A stretch of 62,368 nucleotides of DNA, filler included, from Choristocarpus tenellus KU-1152 (GCA_964200185.2; 9 parts of 9 records of this genome joined end to end with filler, not necessarily neighbours in it), one strand, 5' to 3'. Positions 39,566 to 52,267 are shown, counted from the first letter of the whole stretch. Notes: generated by a model from the sequence alone, not told the origin. Program-made: numbers and translations.

Positions 39566-40689
39566 AAAGATTTCATCAGCATCGCGGATGCGACGGGGAT
39601 ATCTGAGAGTGACTATGGCCTTCTTGTTGGATACGGGTTTTCATTCTTCTATGTGCGTGAGACTGGCCTGATCCATGCCCCCCACATCCCCCACTACCAC
39701 ACCCTCCTGGAGTAGTGGGATTGATGCTTCCACCAGTTGATGTTATACTGGCTGCACACCTCTTTTTCTATCCCTGTGTGATGTTTGAGACGTTTCTCAT
39801 CCAAAAATTTTGAGGGGGGAGAAGGTGTGGCATTCCCATCTCTCCCCTGTCTATGTACGGCAAAATTCAATGATTCCAAGGACTTTCTTTCCCCGCAATC
39901 CGCTTCCATGGTTTTGCACCCTTAAGTCCAATGTCCAGTCACTATTGAGACAACGTTGCTTGTGCTTGCCCTCCTTGTGCTCCATGAGATCGATGTGGTG
40001 ATGATCTCTGCATGTCTGAAATTGCATCAATTACTGGTGTGTTTTGCTCTCTTTTTTTTCTTTTTGACTGGTTGCGTTTGTGCAAGTGTAAGTGTATGTT
40101 CAAAGGAAAAGGCCTATGGAGAGTTCAATGGACCACATTCGACACTCCTCTCGACTTCTAACTCTGAAACATCACCTCTCCGAAGATGTGTTACAGTGAT
40201 AGAATCTCACCTCCACTATGCTGTTGTGTGCTCCCAAGGTAGATGTTTAATGTGGAAACAAATGGAACAGATGTGGCACAGCACGCATTGACTGCGTCCA
40301 AACTGTATTCATCTCCTTCCCCCCTACCCTTTTCCATACCCTCACCCCTCTCTAATATCAAACCAACTCCTGGGCAACATGCATTCTCCTGAATTTTGTT
40401 TTGTTTTCCTGGACTGTGTGTACTCCCTGTGTGTTTTCATCTCCTATGTATCCTACTCTAGGTTATATTTGGACTCTTTATGGGGCGTGCTGCTGATATC
40501 TATGACAGGAGGAAAATTGTATTTTATGGGGTGATCATATGGAACCTGGCTCTGGTGCTCATGGGGATGTCCAACAACTTCTGGCAGCTGCTCCTGACCC
40601 GTATTCTGCTGGGCATAGGGGAATCCTTCAGCATGCCAGCCTCATACTCTCTCATTGCCGACTATTTCCCATCTGAAACCCGTGCGCAG
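39566..40689 (+). CDS. Major facilitator superfamily transporter, Spinster-like; internal exons 39566-39652, 40462-40689
   Basis: GISESDYGLLVGYGFSFFY/VIFGLFMGRAADIYDRRKIV (MFS motif A)...FWQLLLTRILLGIGES...AYSLIADYFPSETRAQ; phase-0 GT-AG intron. Confidence 0.9.
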
Positions 40690-42181
40690 GTGAAGGAATT
40701 GGAGGGGGGGGGGGGGAGATATGTACGTATATTGAGGCTCATATTGCCAGTCGACAACACTATTTTGTTGCCTGCATGAGAATGTCTTTGTTGATTCGAT
40801 TAGAGGCAAGCAAAGATGCAACCTTTCAAACAAACAAAAAAAGAACAAAACAAACATGTACAATCCCATAGTTGCTGAAGGAAGTAGTTTTTTTGCCTGG
40901 TTTGTCAATTGAAAATCAGGTAGTGTCTGGGGCAATTGTGCTTAAGAATAGAAAATATTTTATTTTCATCTGTCAACCTTTGGCCCGGCCTTTCTTTTTG
41001 TTTTGTGTTTTTTTTTTCCCCTGATTGGCTGTATGCCAACTAAACTAGGGTGTAGATTATGTGAGATAACCTCTCTTCCAATGCATATATTCAAGATTTT
41101 TTTTTTGCCCTTACTTAAAAACGTACATATGTTCGGACCTGCAAGGAGCAGGCGTTTTCCAAGCGCACATCGTTAATGCGCCCACCCGCCCTTCGATAGA
41201 CGGCACAATGAACAAAAAACAGGAGTTTCTACACCTTGGGAAGGCTTTTAAGCGCAGGGTACTTCAAAATTTGTCTTGCCGTGTGCAAGGTTTGTAGCGT
41301 GCCACATGCACAGTTGCATGTCCATCATCTCGGTGCGTAAAGGTGCATGTATCCTGCTGTGGAAACATTCTGCTGTTTTTCGACCAACCCATCGAGTTTC
41401 GAAGCGGCTCTCTTGCTATGAAGTGCGCTTTCATTCCAAATATTTTAGGGCTGTGCATGGTCGGTCATAACAGCCGCAGTAAAAAAAAAAACGCCCTTGT
41501 TTTTCGTCTACAGTTATGGTTACAGTTACATCTGGGGAAAAAAAATAGAAACCTGCCGCCGGACCGTTGTCAACCGTTGAGACACTGGAAGACAGTGCAT
41601 TACCGTTGGACATCCATATCTGTACTCTGGGTGCTATTTGCCCTACGATACCCTACCGTCCAGATAGTATTGTAGTGTCAAAGACCATATTGTCCATTTG
41701 TTCTTAAATCGCAACCGTGGTATAAACCGGACCGCTCTGGGGGCAACGCCGATGGTGATTGCACCATCTCGGTGGTACAAATCTAAAGGGTTCAATTAAT
41801 TGATGTAGCAACTGCGTATGGTGGAGGGGTAAACTATAGTATTAGTCGTGGTAATGATTCTTCTATCTTCATTTTTTTTTTCTTTGCCCTGGTACTATTG
41901 TGCTATCGTAGTGTGCTGTGAGAGTTCCTTCAGCGAGTTTTTTTTCTTTTTTTTTCTTACTGTGGGAGCAACAACAGCGGTCGATGCGAATTTGTCAACG
42001 TGTGTCACGGTTGTGTGTATCTGTGTATAATTCCGACGAGTGAAAAAAGATCAGAAACCGATCAAGCGGTAAGAGCGTAACCGTGTAGAGCCCGGAAACG
42101 TTTTTCGCCACTCTCTCGGTCAGTACAACGTTTTTTTGGTTTTTTTTTTCGATTTTCTCCTGTTCATCGAGATGATTTGAA

Positions 42182-42184
<3 letters not shown>

Positions 42185-42216
<32 letters not shown>
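42185..42216. repeat. (TC)n microsatellite
   Basis: About 16 TC units. Confidence 0.9.
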
Positions 42217-42220
<4 letters not shown>

Positions 42221-42847
42221 GCTGGACTGTTCGGTGGCTCTCTTTCGGAGAATAAGGGACCTCTTTTGTTGATGCCTCCAGGTTCCTCTGTTTGGGGTTC
42301 TTACACTATAACTTGTTTACTTTTATTGGAGGCCGTTGTGTATCCTGATATCAACAAGACTTGGGGTTGGAGGTGCTCTTCCAGTCGTTCAACGCCTTTG
42401 ACAGGATCGATTCCTAAGCCTATGCATACGGTGGTACAATCTTTAAAAATATGAGTGTATTGAGGTATTCGGAACTGTTTAGAGGATGAAGGTTGTGGTG
42501 AGATAAAGAGCGAGGATTTCTCACGGTTGTGTTTGCTCAGATTTATTTCTCACTGTGGTGTGCTCTTCTTTGACCCTGCAGAATTTGGTCGGCGTATTTG
42601 CTTGCTCTGGGGCTACTCCGTTTGTTTCATGACGTGCTCTGTCTGTGGGCCTTCGCCAGTGAGAGTCTGTGTTGAATTTGCTGAAAAAAACTATTGTCAC
42701 AGAATGCGGTTTGTTTCATTGTGCCTCTTGCTGACTATTGAGATGTGCCTTTATCTTGCTTGTACTGACGTTTTCGATAGATGCTTATATCGTGACATGG
42801 TGATACTGTAACATTTGCAAATTTTGGTAAGGAAGATCGGGGGGGTG

Positions 42848-42947
42848 NNNNNNNNNNNNNNNNNNNNNNNNNNNNNNNNNNNNNNNNNNNNTTAATTAAT
42901 TAANNNNNNNNNNNNNNNNNNNNNNNNNNNNNNNNNNNNNNNNNNNN
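42848..42947. other. Artificial contig spacer
   Basis: 44N-TTAATTAATTAA-44N. Confidence 0.98.
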
Positions 42948-42991
42948 CCCCCCAGATACTTTGACTCATGCCCAATAATTGCTAACAGTAT

Positions 42992-43174
42992 GGCTCAAAG
43001 TATCTGGGGAGTTGGGGGGGGGGGGGTCTACACGAGGGTGTCCATTCGGGCCCTGACCCGGAGAAGTGCACTTACATTATCCATCCAACGCACACAACCA
43101 AATCATCAAAAAATCACAACAAGGAAAGATGGGCCCCAAATGGACACCCGACACCCCCCCAGATACTTGAGTCG
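42992..43174 (+). mobile_element. MITE family B, short copy with both TIRs (another right end at 42948-42967)
   Basis: GGCTCAAAGTATCTGGGG...GGGTGTCCATT / AATGGACACCC...CCCCCCAGATACTTTGAGTC. No clean TSD. Confidence 0.8.
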
Positions 43175-43340
43175 ATAATGACTGTGAGACTTTGCCATGT
43201 ATCATGTATGGCAATCAAAGTCCAACCAGCTGTGAACCAATTCGTTGTACTTGGTAACGCAGGGCAAACGCATAGGTCTTCCAATACACCTTGCACCTTC
43301 CTTGGGATACACAAACAAGCTTAAATCCCACTACACACAA

Positions 43341-43598
43341 GAGTGAAAGTATCTTAGAGGGCACGAGTTTTGCCCTGCTTGTCCATTTGGGGCTTGGCAT
43401 CCCATGGGTATTTTTATTACATTTTCCTACTCCAAAATGTTTTGGAGTAGTTAAATGTATACCTTATGAAAATGTGTGTCTGGAACAAGGATACTGACAC
43501 TTCCTAACATACACGATAGGCAAAATTACATCAAAATCGCAAAATTGGATTTTGGTCCCCAAATGGATGCGGCCCTACCCTCTAATATACTTTGGCTC
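43341..43598 (+). mobile_element. MITE family A, copy 2
   Basis: GAG...CTC termini, TSD ACAA/ACAA, colinear with copy 1. Confidence 0.9.
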
Positions 43599-43648
43599 AC
43601 AAATCTAACTCCTCGACATTTCCTGTAACTTTATTGCATGGGAGATAG

Positions 43649-46600
43649 GTATGCGTGTCCCAATGATTGTTCTGGGCACGGAAAGTGCCAAAGCATGCGA
43701 GAGATGGGATTCACCAGCACTGCCACACCACTTAGCAACACATCACCCCATGGGTCTGTGACTCTGTATGGCGCACGAGCTCTTCCCGGCAGCGCAACGT
43801 GGGATGCACACTCCATCTTTGGCTGTGTATGTGACTCCAAATGGGAGGTTGGTGTTGATGGGATTAGGAAGTGGAAGAAATTGGGGGGATTTGACCTTGC
43901 CACAGTGACCTGATAAGGACCTGGAGTGAGTGTTCTGGGGTACAATGTGATGCCGTGCTAAATTGAGTTATATCTGAGAACCTTCCTTCCGTGGACAAGT
44001 TCTGATGACCTTTTTTTCCAAATTGTTTCTTTGTAGTATCTATTATCACTAAAACTTGGCTTGTGTTTCATGAAAATGTTCCTACCCTACTGCAGGCAGA
44101 CATGATAAGCTTTGATTTATGAATTGTCCACTGCTTTCCTTTGTTATCTCCATCTTCAAAATTCCCGCTGCTTTGGGTGGTTGCTGAACGTGTGCCCTCG
44201 CTTACCTTTCCCCCCTCCAATAAAAAGGTGGGATTAGGTGTAAACCAGACTCAGGAGGCAGAGTACTTTGGTCCTGACTGCTCATTGCTCCATTGCCCCT
44301 CTGGAGATGACCCTGGTGAGTGTGAGTCTCACATCAGTGCCATAGTATCTCATAGGGGGGGGTATTTAGACCAGGTTGTCCATTCGGAGCTTGATGGGGT
44401 GTTGTAAGATACCACAGCTTGATGCCCGTTTTTGCGAATGGTTCTACTTCGGATTTGGTTCAGGCAAGGGGATCGAAAAGCAAGGTCCAGATGAAGGAAA
44501 TCGCCGTTATATCTAATACGTTCATTCAGATGACATGAAAATCACTACAGGTTCACATCAGCCCCGAATAGACACGTGGCCCCCCTCTCTAGGATACTAT
44601 GGGCCATCAAGTCAGCGCAAACTCCCCCAAAGTATCCCCGTTTGTATGGAAATTCCACATTTTTTTTTCACCTGCTCAAACCCCACCTAGTGGTCAAACA
44701 TGTAACTCATACCCCCATGCTCGACCTAAATTACCCTCCATGTGGTGGCTGCTTTCCTACCTGTTCAGGCAGATTCAGATGGAAGGTCAAAGTTCTGGTC
44801 TTGAAGTACTTGAGTGCAATGTCGAAAGTAAACGATTGTGAGAGTCTGGATGTACTCATTCACTTTGAGAGGATATGATAAGAGCCTTTTCTTAGCCCAA
44901 CGGAAAAAAAGTCTGTAGTTTATTTGGATTGGGTCATCATGCTGGGAGATATTGATTTCGAGTTTCACACTTTCTATGCCATTATTGTTCCTCGGCTCGT
45001 ACCGACCTGTTTGGTCTTATACATGTCAGCAAAGACCCAAAGTATCTGGGGGGGGGTTCTACACCAGAGTGTCCATTTGAATCAAAACCAGGAAAAGGGC
45101 CCGTTCACTATCCATCCAACGTATGGAACCAAATCACCCAAAAATCGCGACATGAAAAAATTGCCCCCAAGTGTACAAACACCGCTCCCCCAGATACTTC
45201 GAGCCAGGGTCAAAAGCGGACACCGGCACCCCCCCCCCCCCCCCCACACTTTTACCCCCACTTCTCTGTGCAGTGCAGTTTTTCCCCCCGGGGCGTAGGC
45301 CATGGTCTCACTTCCTNNNNNNNNNNTGAAAAAATTGCCCCCAAGTGTAAAAACCCCGCCCCCCCAGCTACTTCGAGCCAGGGTCAAAAGCGGACACCGG
45401 CCCCCCTCCCCCCCCCCCCAGATACTTTGACCCCAATTACTGTGTGCAGTGCAGTTTGACCCTCGGGTGCGTAGGCCATGGTCTCACTTCGTCTTCCAAG
45501 GACTGTTATTGAAGGCATAATATTTATCAGAAGAAGGCAAGAACCCTATTCTAAGGGCTTTGGTAGGATACTCAAGAGACCCTGGAAGGGTCTGTTTTTT
45601 CTATATCCAATATATGCTCTTCCACAACTAGCGGTGTTTGATTCTCAATTTAGATTCCTCTGATCACTCTCTAGCAAGCCGCTGTCCTTAACTCCGACTA
45701 CTTCCACAGCTGGTTGGACATATCATAGCGCCATGGGCTGCTTTGGTGTAGGTTTAAACTACAATTGGATCGTTGTCAGGGAGTGTGTTTCAGGGCCCCC
45801 TTCTTGTCTTCTCATGGTCCGAACATGATGTGGTACGGTGTAAGGAAGAGTGAAAGTATCTTAGGGTTAGGGTACAAGTTTTGCCCTGTTTGTCCGTTTG
45901 GGGCTTGGCTTCCTATGGTTTTTTTATGACATTTTCCTACTCTGAAATATTTTGGAGTAGGTTAACTGTGTACGTTATGAAAAATGTGTCCAGAAAATGG
46001 ACAATGACACTTCCTAACAAACACGATAGCCAATAATAGATCAAAATCGCAACATCAGATTTGGCCCCCAAACGGATGCGGCTCTCTACCCTCTAAGATA
46101 CTTTGACTCGGAAGGCTACTGTCACTACAGAGTGATTCCAAGTACCATATAGGGGGTTTACGAGCATTGATCAACGGTGATGGGCCTTTCAAATAAATAA
46201 TCTAATTTTGAGATGAGAAATTGAGTGATCTTTTTGAAGTCAACATCAAATTGCTTTTTCTTGCAATATGTTTCTGTTATAGGTTTCTTGAACAAGAAAA
46301 TAGCTAATGTGGGAGGTCATGTAGAATGAAACGCACTTTAAGTAGGACAGGAGAGCGGTTTGTAACTGTACTGCAGAGTAGTGGTCAGGTGTGATAAAAT
46401 ATTATTCGAAGGTTACTGGTGCAAGGGTCTTGGGCCATGACAAGACTATACGGCAAATTTCGGAAGAAATAGTTATGGCGTAGTGTTCAGTATGTAGTGT
46501 GTGAGTCGAGGATTAAGATACATTGAGTGTGTCAAAGATTGCTCCTTTGAGTACTTGAGCAATACTGTTTGCGGTCATTGGATAGCGAGCGCGTCACTGT

Positions 46601-47832
46601 GGAAGAGGACATGACGTGCAGAGGCATGGGTGTCCATAGGCAAGTGCTATGTTTAGGGTTAGGGTTGCGGCTGGATACTATGGATGGGCGAGATGAGCCT
46701 CATGTGCACGCCTAATGCACTCTCTTCTCAAGAAGGCTTGCAAAACTGTGGCTGATACTACGCTTATTTTGATGTTGGATTTATCCTGGACGCATCAGTT
46801 CACTTTGACAAAGATTAGAGGGATGGGAGGCATGTGAATGAGTTGGCACATGCTGCAAGTGGAGGACATATTGTCAAGGCACGCCTTATAGAATGTAAAC
46901 ATAGTCACAGTTAATCGACTGTACTGAGAATCCTGAGCTAGTTGGTATAACAAATGAAATGTGTCATGTTTTAGTCAAAGTATCTTAGAGGGTAGAGCTG
47001 CGTCCGTTTGGGGGCCAAAATCCAGTGTTGTGAATTGATGAAATTTTGGCTATCGTACATGTTAAGAAGTGTCAATATCCTTGTTACAGATACACGTTTC
47101 CACAACGTATACACTTTACCTACTCTGAAACATTTCAGAGTATGAAAATGTCATAAAAATAACTCATGGGAAGCCAAGCCCCAAACGGACCAGCAGGGCA
47201 AAAATCGTACCCTCTAAGATTCTTTCACCCTCTAGGTTTTGGGACAGTATGCTCCAAGTGTTTTCATAGAATTCTAAATCTACAACACTCCTATAGAGAG
47301 ATGACTCCACTAGGCAATCTACCTCAGGAAAATTAGACAGACCTAATTAGCATGATGGTGGGCGACACACGGAACAACCCCCATGCCAGGTGTCCACCAA
47401 GAACAGCAATCCTTGGCTTCTAACGTTTACACTTCTTGTCTTCTTAACCTTGAGATGTGGAGCCACCATGCAGGCACGCAACAAATTACTGCGATAGTTA
47501 CCCCCTCTTCAGTAGAAAAGTGCCCAACACATATTGTCCTGGAGTATCCAGGAGCTACGCAACACAGCTCTGTGACCTGGGCGTACATAGACCTAAATCA
47601 GGTAGCAAACCGTTCACAATGGTAACAATATTTCCCCCTCCGATGATTCGTGTTTCATTGTCTCTGATGTCCAGAAACAGTCGAAGACGAGATGGACTGC
47701 TATAACAAGACTGCAACAGGCTCCAAGGGTGTGGGGCTGGCAGGAAACTTATGCCATGTGGACTGCTCAAATAGAGGCATTTGTAACTACAAAACAGGGG
47801 AGTGCGCCTGTTTTAAAGGTTATCATGGTCAG
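43649..47832 (+). CDS. Tubular mastigoneme / Sig-family EGF-like protein; internal exons 43649-43847, 44228-44315, 47675-47832
   Basis: Phase-consistent GT-AG splicing gives CPNDCSGHGKC...TWDAHSIFGCVCDSKWEVGLG...EYFGPDCSLLHCPSGDDPETVEDEMDC...GNLCHVDCSNRGICNYKTGECACFKGYHG. This is typical of stramenopile flagellar-hair (Ocm/Sig) proteins. Confidence 0.85.
45034..45493 (+). mobile_element. MITE family B longer variant spanning a 10-N gap (45317-45326), with a ~165-bp internal duplication
   Basis: GACCCAAAGTATCTGGGGGG start and internal CCCCCAGATACTT motifs; 45153-45316 is similar to 45327-45490. Confidence 0.65.
45848..46109 (+). mobile_element. MITE family A, copy 3 (carries TTAGGGTTAGGG in its left TIR)
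   Basis: GAG...CTC termini, TSD GGAA/GGAA. Confidence 0.9.
46230..46830 (+). mobile_element. Possible highly decayed Ty1/copia RT remnant (intronic)
   Basis: Faint, correctly ordered echoes of the DVKTAFL (EVNIKLLFL), YVDD-region and PYRE (P*RQV) motifs. Confidence 0.3.
46972..47230 (-). mobile_element. MITE family A, copy 4 (inverted)
   Basis: Reverse complement of copies 1-3; termini mutated, TSD not recognisable. Confidence 0.85.
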
Positions 47833-48432
47833 GTGAGGTTGTACACAAGCAGTGTGTCCTCTTGTATATCAAAGCAGTGTGGTGACAACAAGCTGTGCAA
47901 CCAGACTCGGTGTTGGCCAGTCACTGTGCCTCATCTCCGATTTTGCTGCGGAAATTCCACATCATGGGGAAGAGCTGTAGGAGTACTAGTGTAAGGTGTA
48001 TGAGTACATCTTCTCCATGTGGGAGACGATGTACCCATGAGCATTGCAATTGTTCTTACAAATAAGAGGAAGTTGAGGATGCTGCCAATTTTCTCCTTTT
48101 AGCATCAAGCATGCTTTGCTTCAGACATGATATTGTTTCCCAACTGATGCCTAGGTATACAACACGTAGGTATAAATTGTGGTACAGGATTCGAGATGGA
48201 GGGGAGTTAATATAAGAAACAATGCTGCTTTTTTGGGCATCTCTGCAGAGGTCCATTGCTGTACAGGAGATGTTATGCAAAAAGCAATCGTCTTGTTGAT
48301 GTCAAATCATTGGTCCAAGCTGCTAATGATGCAACACTTTCCCTATTCTGGGTGGAATGGCATTGTAGATCTTGCTGGCTGCCACGATTGGTTACTTATT
48401 GTGAGTATCATGCTTAGATATTCTAAAGATAT

Positions 48433-48476
48433 GACGCAAAGTATCTGGGGGGGGAGGGGCTCTACACCAGGGTGTC
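48433..48476 (+). mobile_element. MITE family B left end at contig break
   Basis: GACGCAAAGTATCTGGGGGG...CTACACCAGGGTGTC. Confidence 0.75.
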
Positions 48477-48576
48477 NNNNNNNNNNNNNNNNNNNNNNNN
48501 NNNNNNNNNNNNNNNNNNNNTTAATTAATTAANNNNNNNNNNNNNNNNNNNNNNNNNNNNNNNNNNNNNNNNNNNN
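48477..48576. other. Artificial contig spacer
   Basis: 44N-TTAATTAATTAA-44N. Confidence 0.98.
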
Positions 48577-48793
48577 CCACACAACGACAGAAAACACAAA
48601 CAAAACCGGCCGGAGGGGGGGGGGGGGGGGGGGGGGGGGGTTGCTTCTGAACAAGCTGCCAATGAACTTGCACAGCAAGAACACTGCCCTTCCCGCCTTG
48701 AAGCAGCTCAGGTATGACAACCTGCTCCTCTATGCCACCGTCAAGTTTCTTCCCCTTCAATATCTGGGTTAAAACTTCTTTGGTAAACACTAC

Positions 48794-49825
48794 CTATGAG
48801 GGATGGTTAGGCCTCTCCTCGCCAATGTTGTCAGAAACGAGGTCTCTTATGTTTGCCCTATTTTGGTAAACAAAACAGGCGTTTGTGTTCTGCAAAAAAA
48901 AACAAAGCAATTAAAAAACCTCACGTCGAGCTATCACTTCCTGATCGGCATGGCAACGATCAGTCTGACACAATAAGCTGATCTGAAAGAGTTATGTCGG
49001 CATTGTGGTATCCCAGAGTGTCTGTATCACACCTATGTTGTTACCCAGAGGAAATAGTACATACATGTACAACAGGATATTGTACATGTGCTGTGTTGGG
49101 TATTCGTGATGATTTATCCCACTATAGCAGCAATGCACACAAGTTTACTATTTCACTAACCCTAACCCTAACCATAGAAGCATCTCGTAAAATTAAGGAG
49201 TTGGAAAAAATCTCACTAAAGATTCCACCTAACCCACTATTGCAGCTGACATGTAGTCCTGTAGGGACTCTTTTTATAAACAAGGACTCCTTTCGACAAG
49301 AGCTTCTCAAGCACATGATTCTAAGAATTTCAATACCTTTTCCGCGTTTTTTCTTGTCCAGATGTAATCCTGTAGATAGATGCAGTAACTACTATGGAAT
49401 TGCAGTCCAATATACCTTACACCCCCCACGAGCACCATGCACAACAGGACACCACATCCCTTTTACGTAACAATGCTTGGGTGAGCTCTCCTTACCCACC
49501 TCTACCCTTGTCCGTATCCCCTCCCCTTCTCAACACTACACTCTGAGTTTCAACCCCACCGTCCCCTCACTTCCTTGACCTACCTCTGATATCTTGGCTG
49601 ATAGGCCATCTCCAAGCGCTGTACTGCCCCTGGTGCAGTCCTATCTGACTCTACCACAGTGGCATCTGTGGTAGTGGGAACCGAAAAGAGTCCCCCCAAC
49701 CCCCTACATTCTGCAGCTGGAGCTGTGTCCATTGCGGACATGGTGATCAGTAGTGACCCTGTTCCTGCGCCTGTCCCTGTGCCCCTCCGGACCACAACTG
49801 TCCACTGTGAAAGGTCCTGTCCTGC
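48794..49825 (-). CDS. 3' exons of an uncharacterised gene (49825-49584, 48857-48794; possible upstream exon ~50217-50052)
   Basis: cag|AGQDLSQWTVVVRRG...SLLITMSA...MAYQPRYQR|gtaggt joins in phase 2 to ANIRDLVSDNIGEERPNHPS*. No homology recognised. Confidence 0.4.
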
Positions 49826-52214
49826 CTGCAGCCTAGTCTCAAGATCCCCCTATCCCTATGCCTATCGATGCTGGATGATCAAACCGTAGATGGCGGTGGG
49901 GATTCAACTGAGTGTGAGGGTTGGAAATGCCGTGCAATTTCTTGCGCGCTTGTTAGGATATCGTTGCGGGTATGAGGTTTGTTAGTCGTTCTAATTGTCC
50001 TAACAATGTGCAAGGTGTAGGTCCTGTGGGACAGTCACTGCCATTATATGCCTGGGGGCAGTTTTCATACTCCCTTCCACAAGCAAGAGATGTTGAGACC
50101 ACTACAACTACTGCAAAGTCGATTGAACCCATAGTCACAGTCGCCCTCTTTCCTGAAGGACCTTCAATACACCCACCCCGACAGAGGTAGATCGCCACTC
50201 CCACCAAGGGCATTGCCTCTACGCGATTTGAAACAACATGTGCGCCCCGCTCACGTCGACCTCAAAATGGCAATTGACATTAGCGCTTTATTCGATAAAA
50301 CAAAGAGAAGTGGATATACTCTTGTCTTTAGATACTCTGAAACAACACACGGTGAATATGGAGGGCATTAGGTCACATCCTTGCAGCGCACCTCAAACAT
50401 GCCTCAATACATCATTCCCTGGTCAACAAGATGGTGTAGTCACCCCCTCTCTGGACTCACAGATTGGGAGGCGAGGGCAGGGCATCAATTGACGTCGTGG
50501 TTTCATGTCAAAGTGGGACTGCGAATTGAATGTCAGATTGATGGGCTAACTCCCTGAATCGATGGGCGTTACCAGCAAGGCAAGACACAAAACCTGATTA
50601 AAACTCACCTAACGAATACAGATGAATGTTTCTATGCAATTAAATGTGCATGGGCATATCTGTAGGGAGGGTTTTGGTTTGGGGGGACTGAAGGCAATAT
50701 TGGCTGTTCTCGAAGTTTGGTGTGACTCGGCCTACCCGGAGAGAAGAGATTGACGTCCTGCTGGGTCTTGGGCTCACACAAGCAATCTACGATCAAATTC
50801 TAAACAGTAGTACGAGTACCAGAGCACGACCGTGGGGATCCTTCGCCATCCACCCAACCTCCGATCTTGACGCAAAACAGAAAACCAAAATTTTGAATTT
50901 CAATATCTCGTTCAGATGATCCAATCGCATTATCAGTCTCATACCACCTGAAAACTACAAAAAACTAGAGTTGTTTTTGTTAGTTACATTTTGCGATTAC
51001 ATATTATTTATTTATTTTTGCTTTGAATTTAGACCTCGATTACCCACCTAGTTCAATCATAGTAATCCTCCACTTTTCCTAAAATACACCATTTTCAATA
51101 AAAAGAGTATTTATGAGTATTTGAACTCGTCTTTAATAAGATGCACCACTATCCGAACACAGGTCTGTACCTGGACGCAGACGACAGTAGGTAAACACCA
51201 CTCACGCGGCACGCACATGTCCCAGTGCTGGAGGACAAGTACGGTACCACTCGCCTATGGAGAGGCAATTGGATACCGTCTGGAGGATGGGCGTCCCTTG
51301 TGCACCCTGTTAAATGGAATCCGTTCAAAATTAGCCAGAATTTCCGCATGGATGCCGTATTCTATGGTGGAACATGTTCGAATAGACTTCTCCAACTGTA
51401 TCGAAGATCAGTAGTAGTATACATGTAGAGTTAGTACACAAGAGTTTTTTAGTCGGTGAACCCAAACTCGTTCTGCTACTTTAGAGTATATGAATGGATG
51501 GACAGGAATTTACTGGATTAGTATGGTGTGGTTTGAGGTTGTATGTATGGTCGCCCCTCTGGTTGGGATTAATCACTCTATAACATTTGGCAATATTACT
51601 GTATCTATTTCATCCATACATGAGTCGGGGTACTACAACACAATATATGAAACCCTAGGATTCTATCCATGCTTATCATGTCTTAAGATCTTCAACAGCT
51701 CTCCTCTACTCTGGAGGACCCATTAAAAGTGGTACTTGAACTGAAGCAAGACTGGGACTGACATTTTCAGGTGGATTTTGATAGAGTCGGCAATGGGGAT
51801 CATCCCGCCATCCAAGCCCATGTGTCCACCACATGGTTACCGCAGCAAACTGGCTATGTACCAGACAAAGTTGGACCTGTTGAACCCATTGTGGGTAAAG
51901 ATTTCCGAGCTATATTGGTGACAGTACGGACGGATTTAGTGTCAGGAGTGATGTGAGTCAGATATCAAGTTCTATGTCAATCTCAGGGTTCAGGAATAGA
52001 TCTTACTCTCTACAAGAGAGGGAGGCAATCAAATGCCCAACCACCCAAACTGTTGGGCGACTTAGACTACCGTGATTGGAGAAGGTGGTTTATGGTGCAC
52101 CGTAAGTACACTCGCTGTTTGCCTGTGTTGACTGTCCCAAGGCGATCATCAGGAGCGATCCCACAAGGAATTACTGGCTGATGGGTGTAGTGAAAAGGAA
52201 ATTTGGATAGCTGA

Positions 52215-52267
52215 GACCCAAAGTATCTGGGAGGGGGGGGGGTCTACACCAGGGTGTCCATTTGGAT
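52215..52267 (+). mobile_element. MITE family B left end at contig break
   Basis: GACCCAAAGTATCTGGGAGGGG...CTACACCAGGGTGTCCATTTGG. Confidence 0.75.

Noticed and set aside
45153-45490. ~165-bp tandem duplication around a 10-N gap
   Set aside because: Probably overlapping contig ends or mis-joined repeat copies at a scaffold gap.
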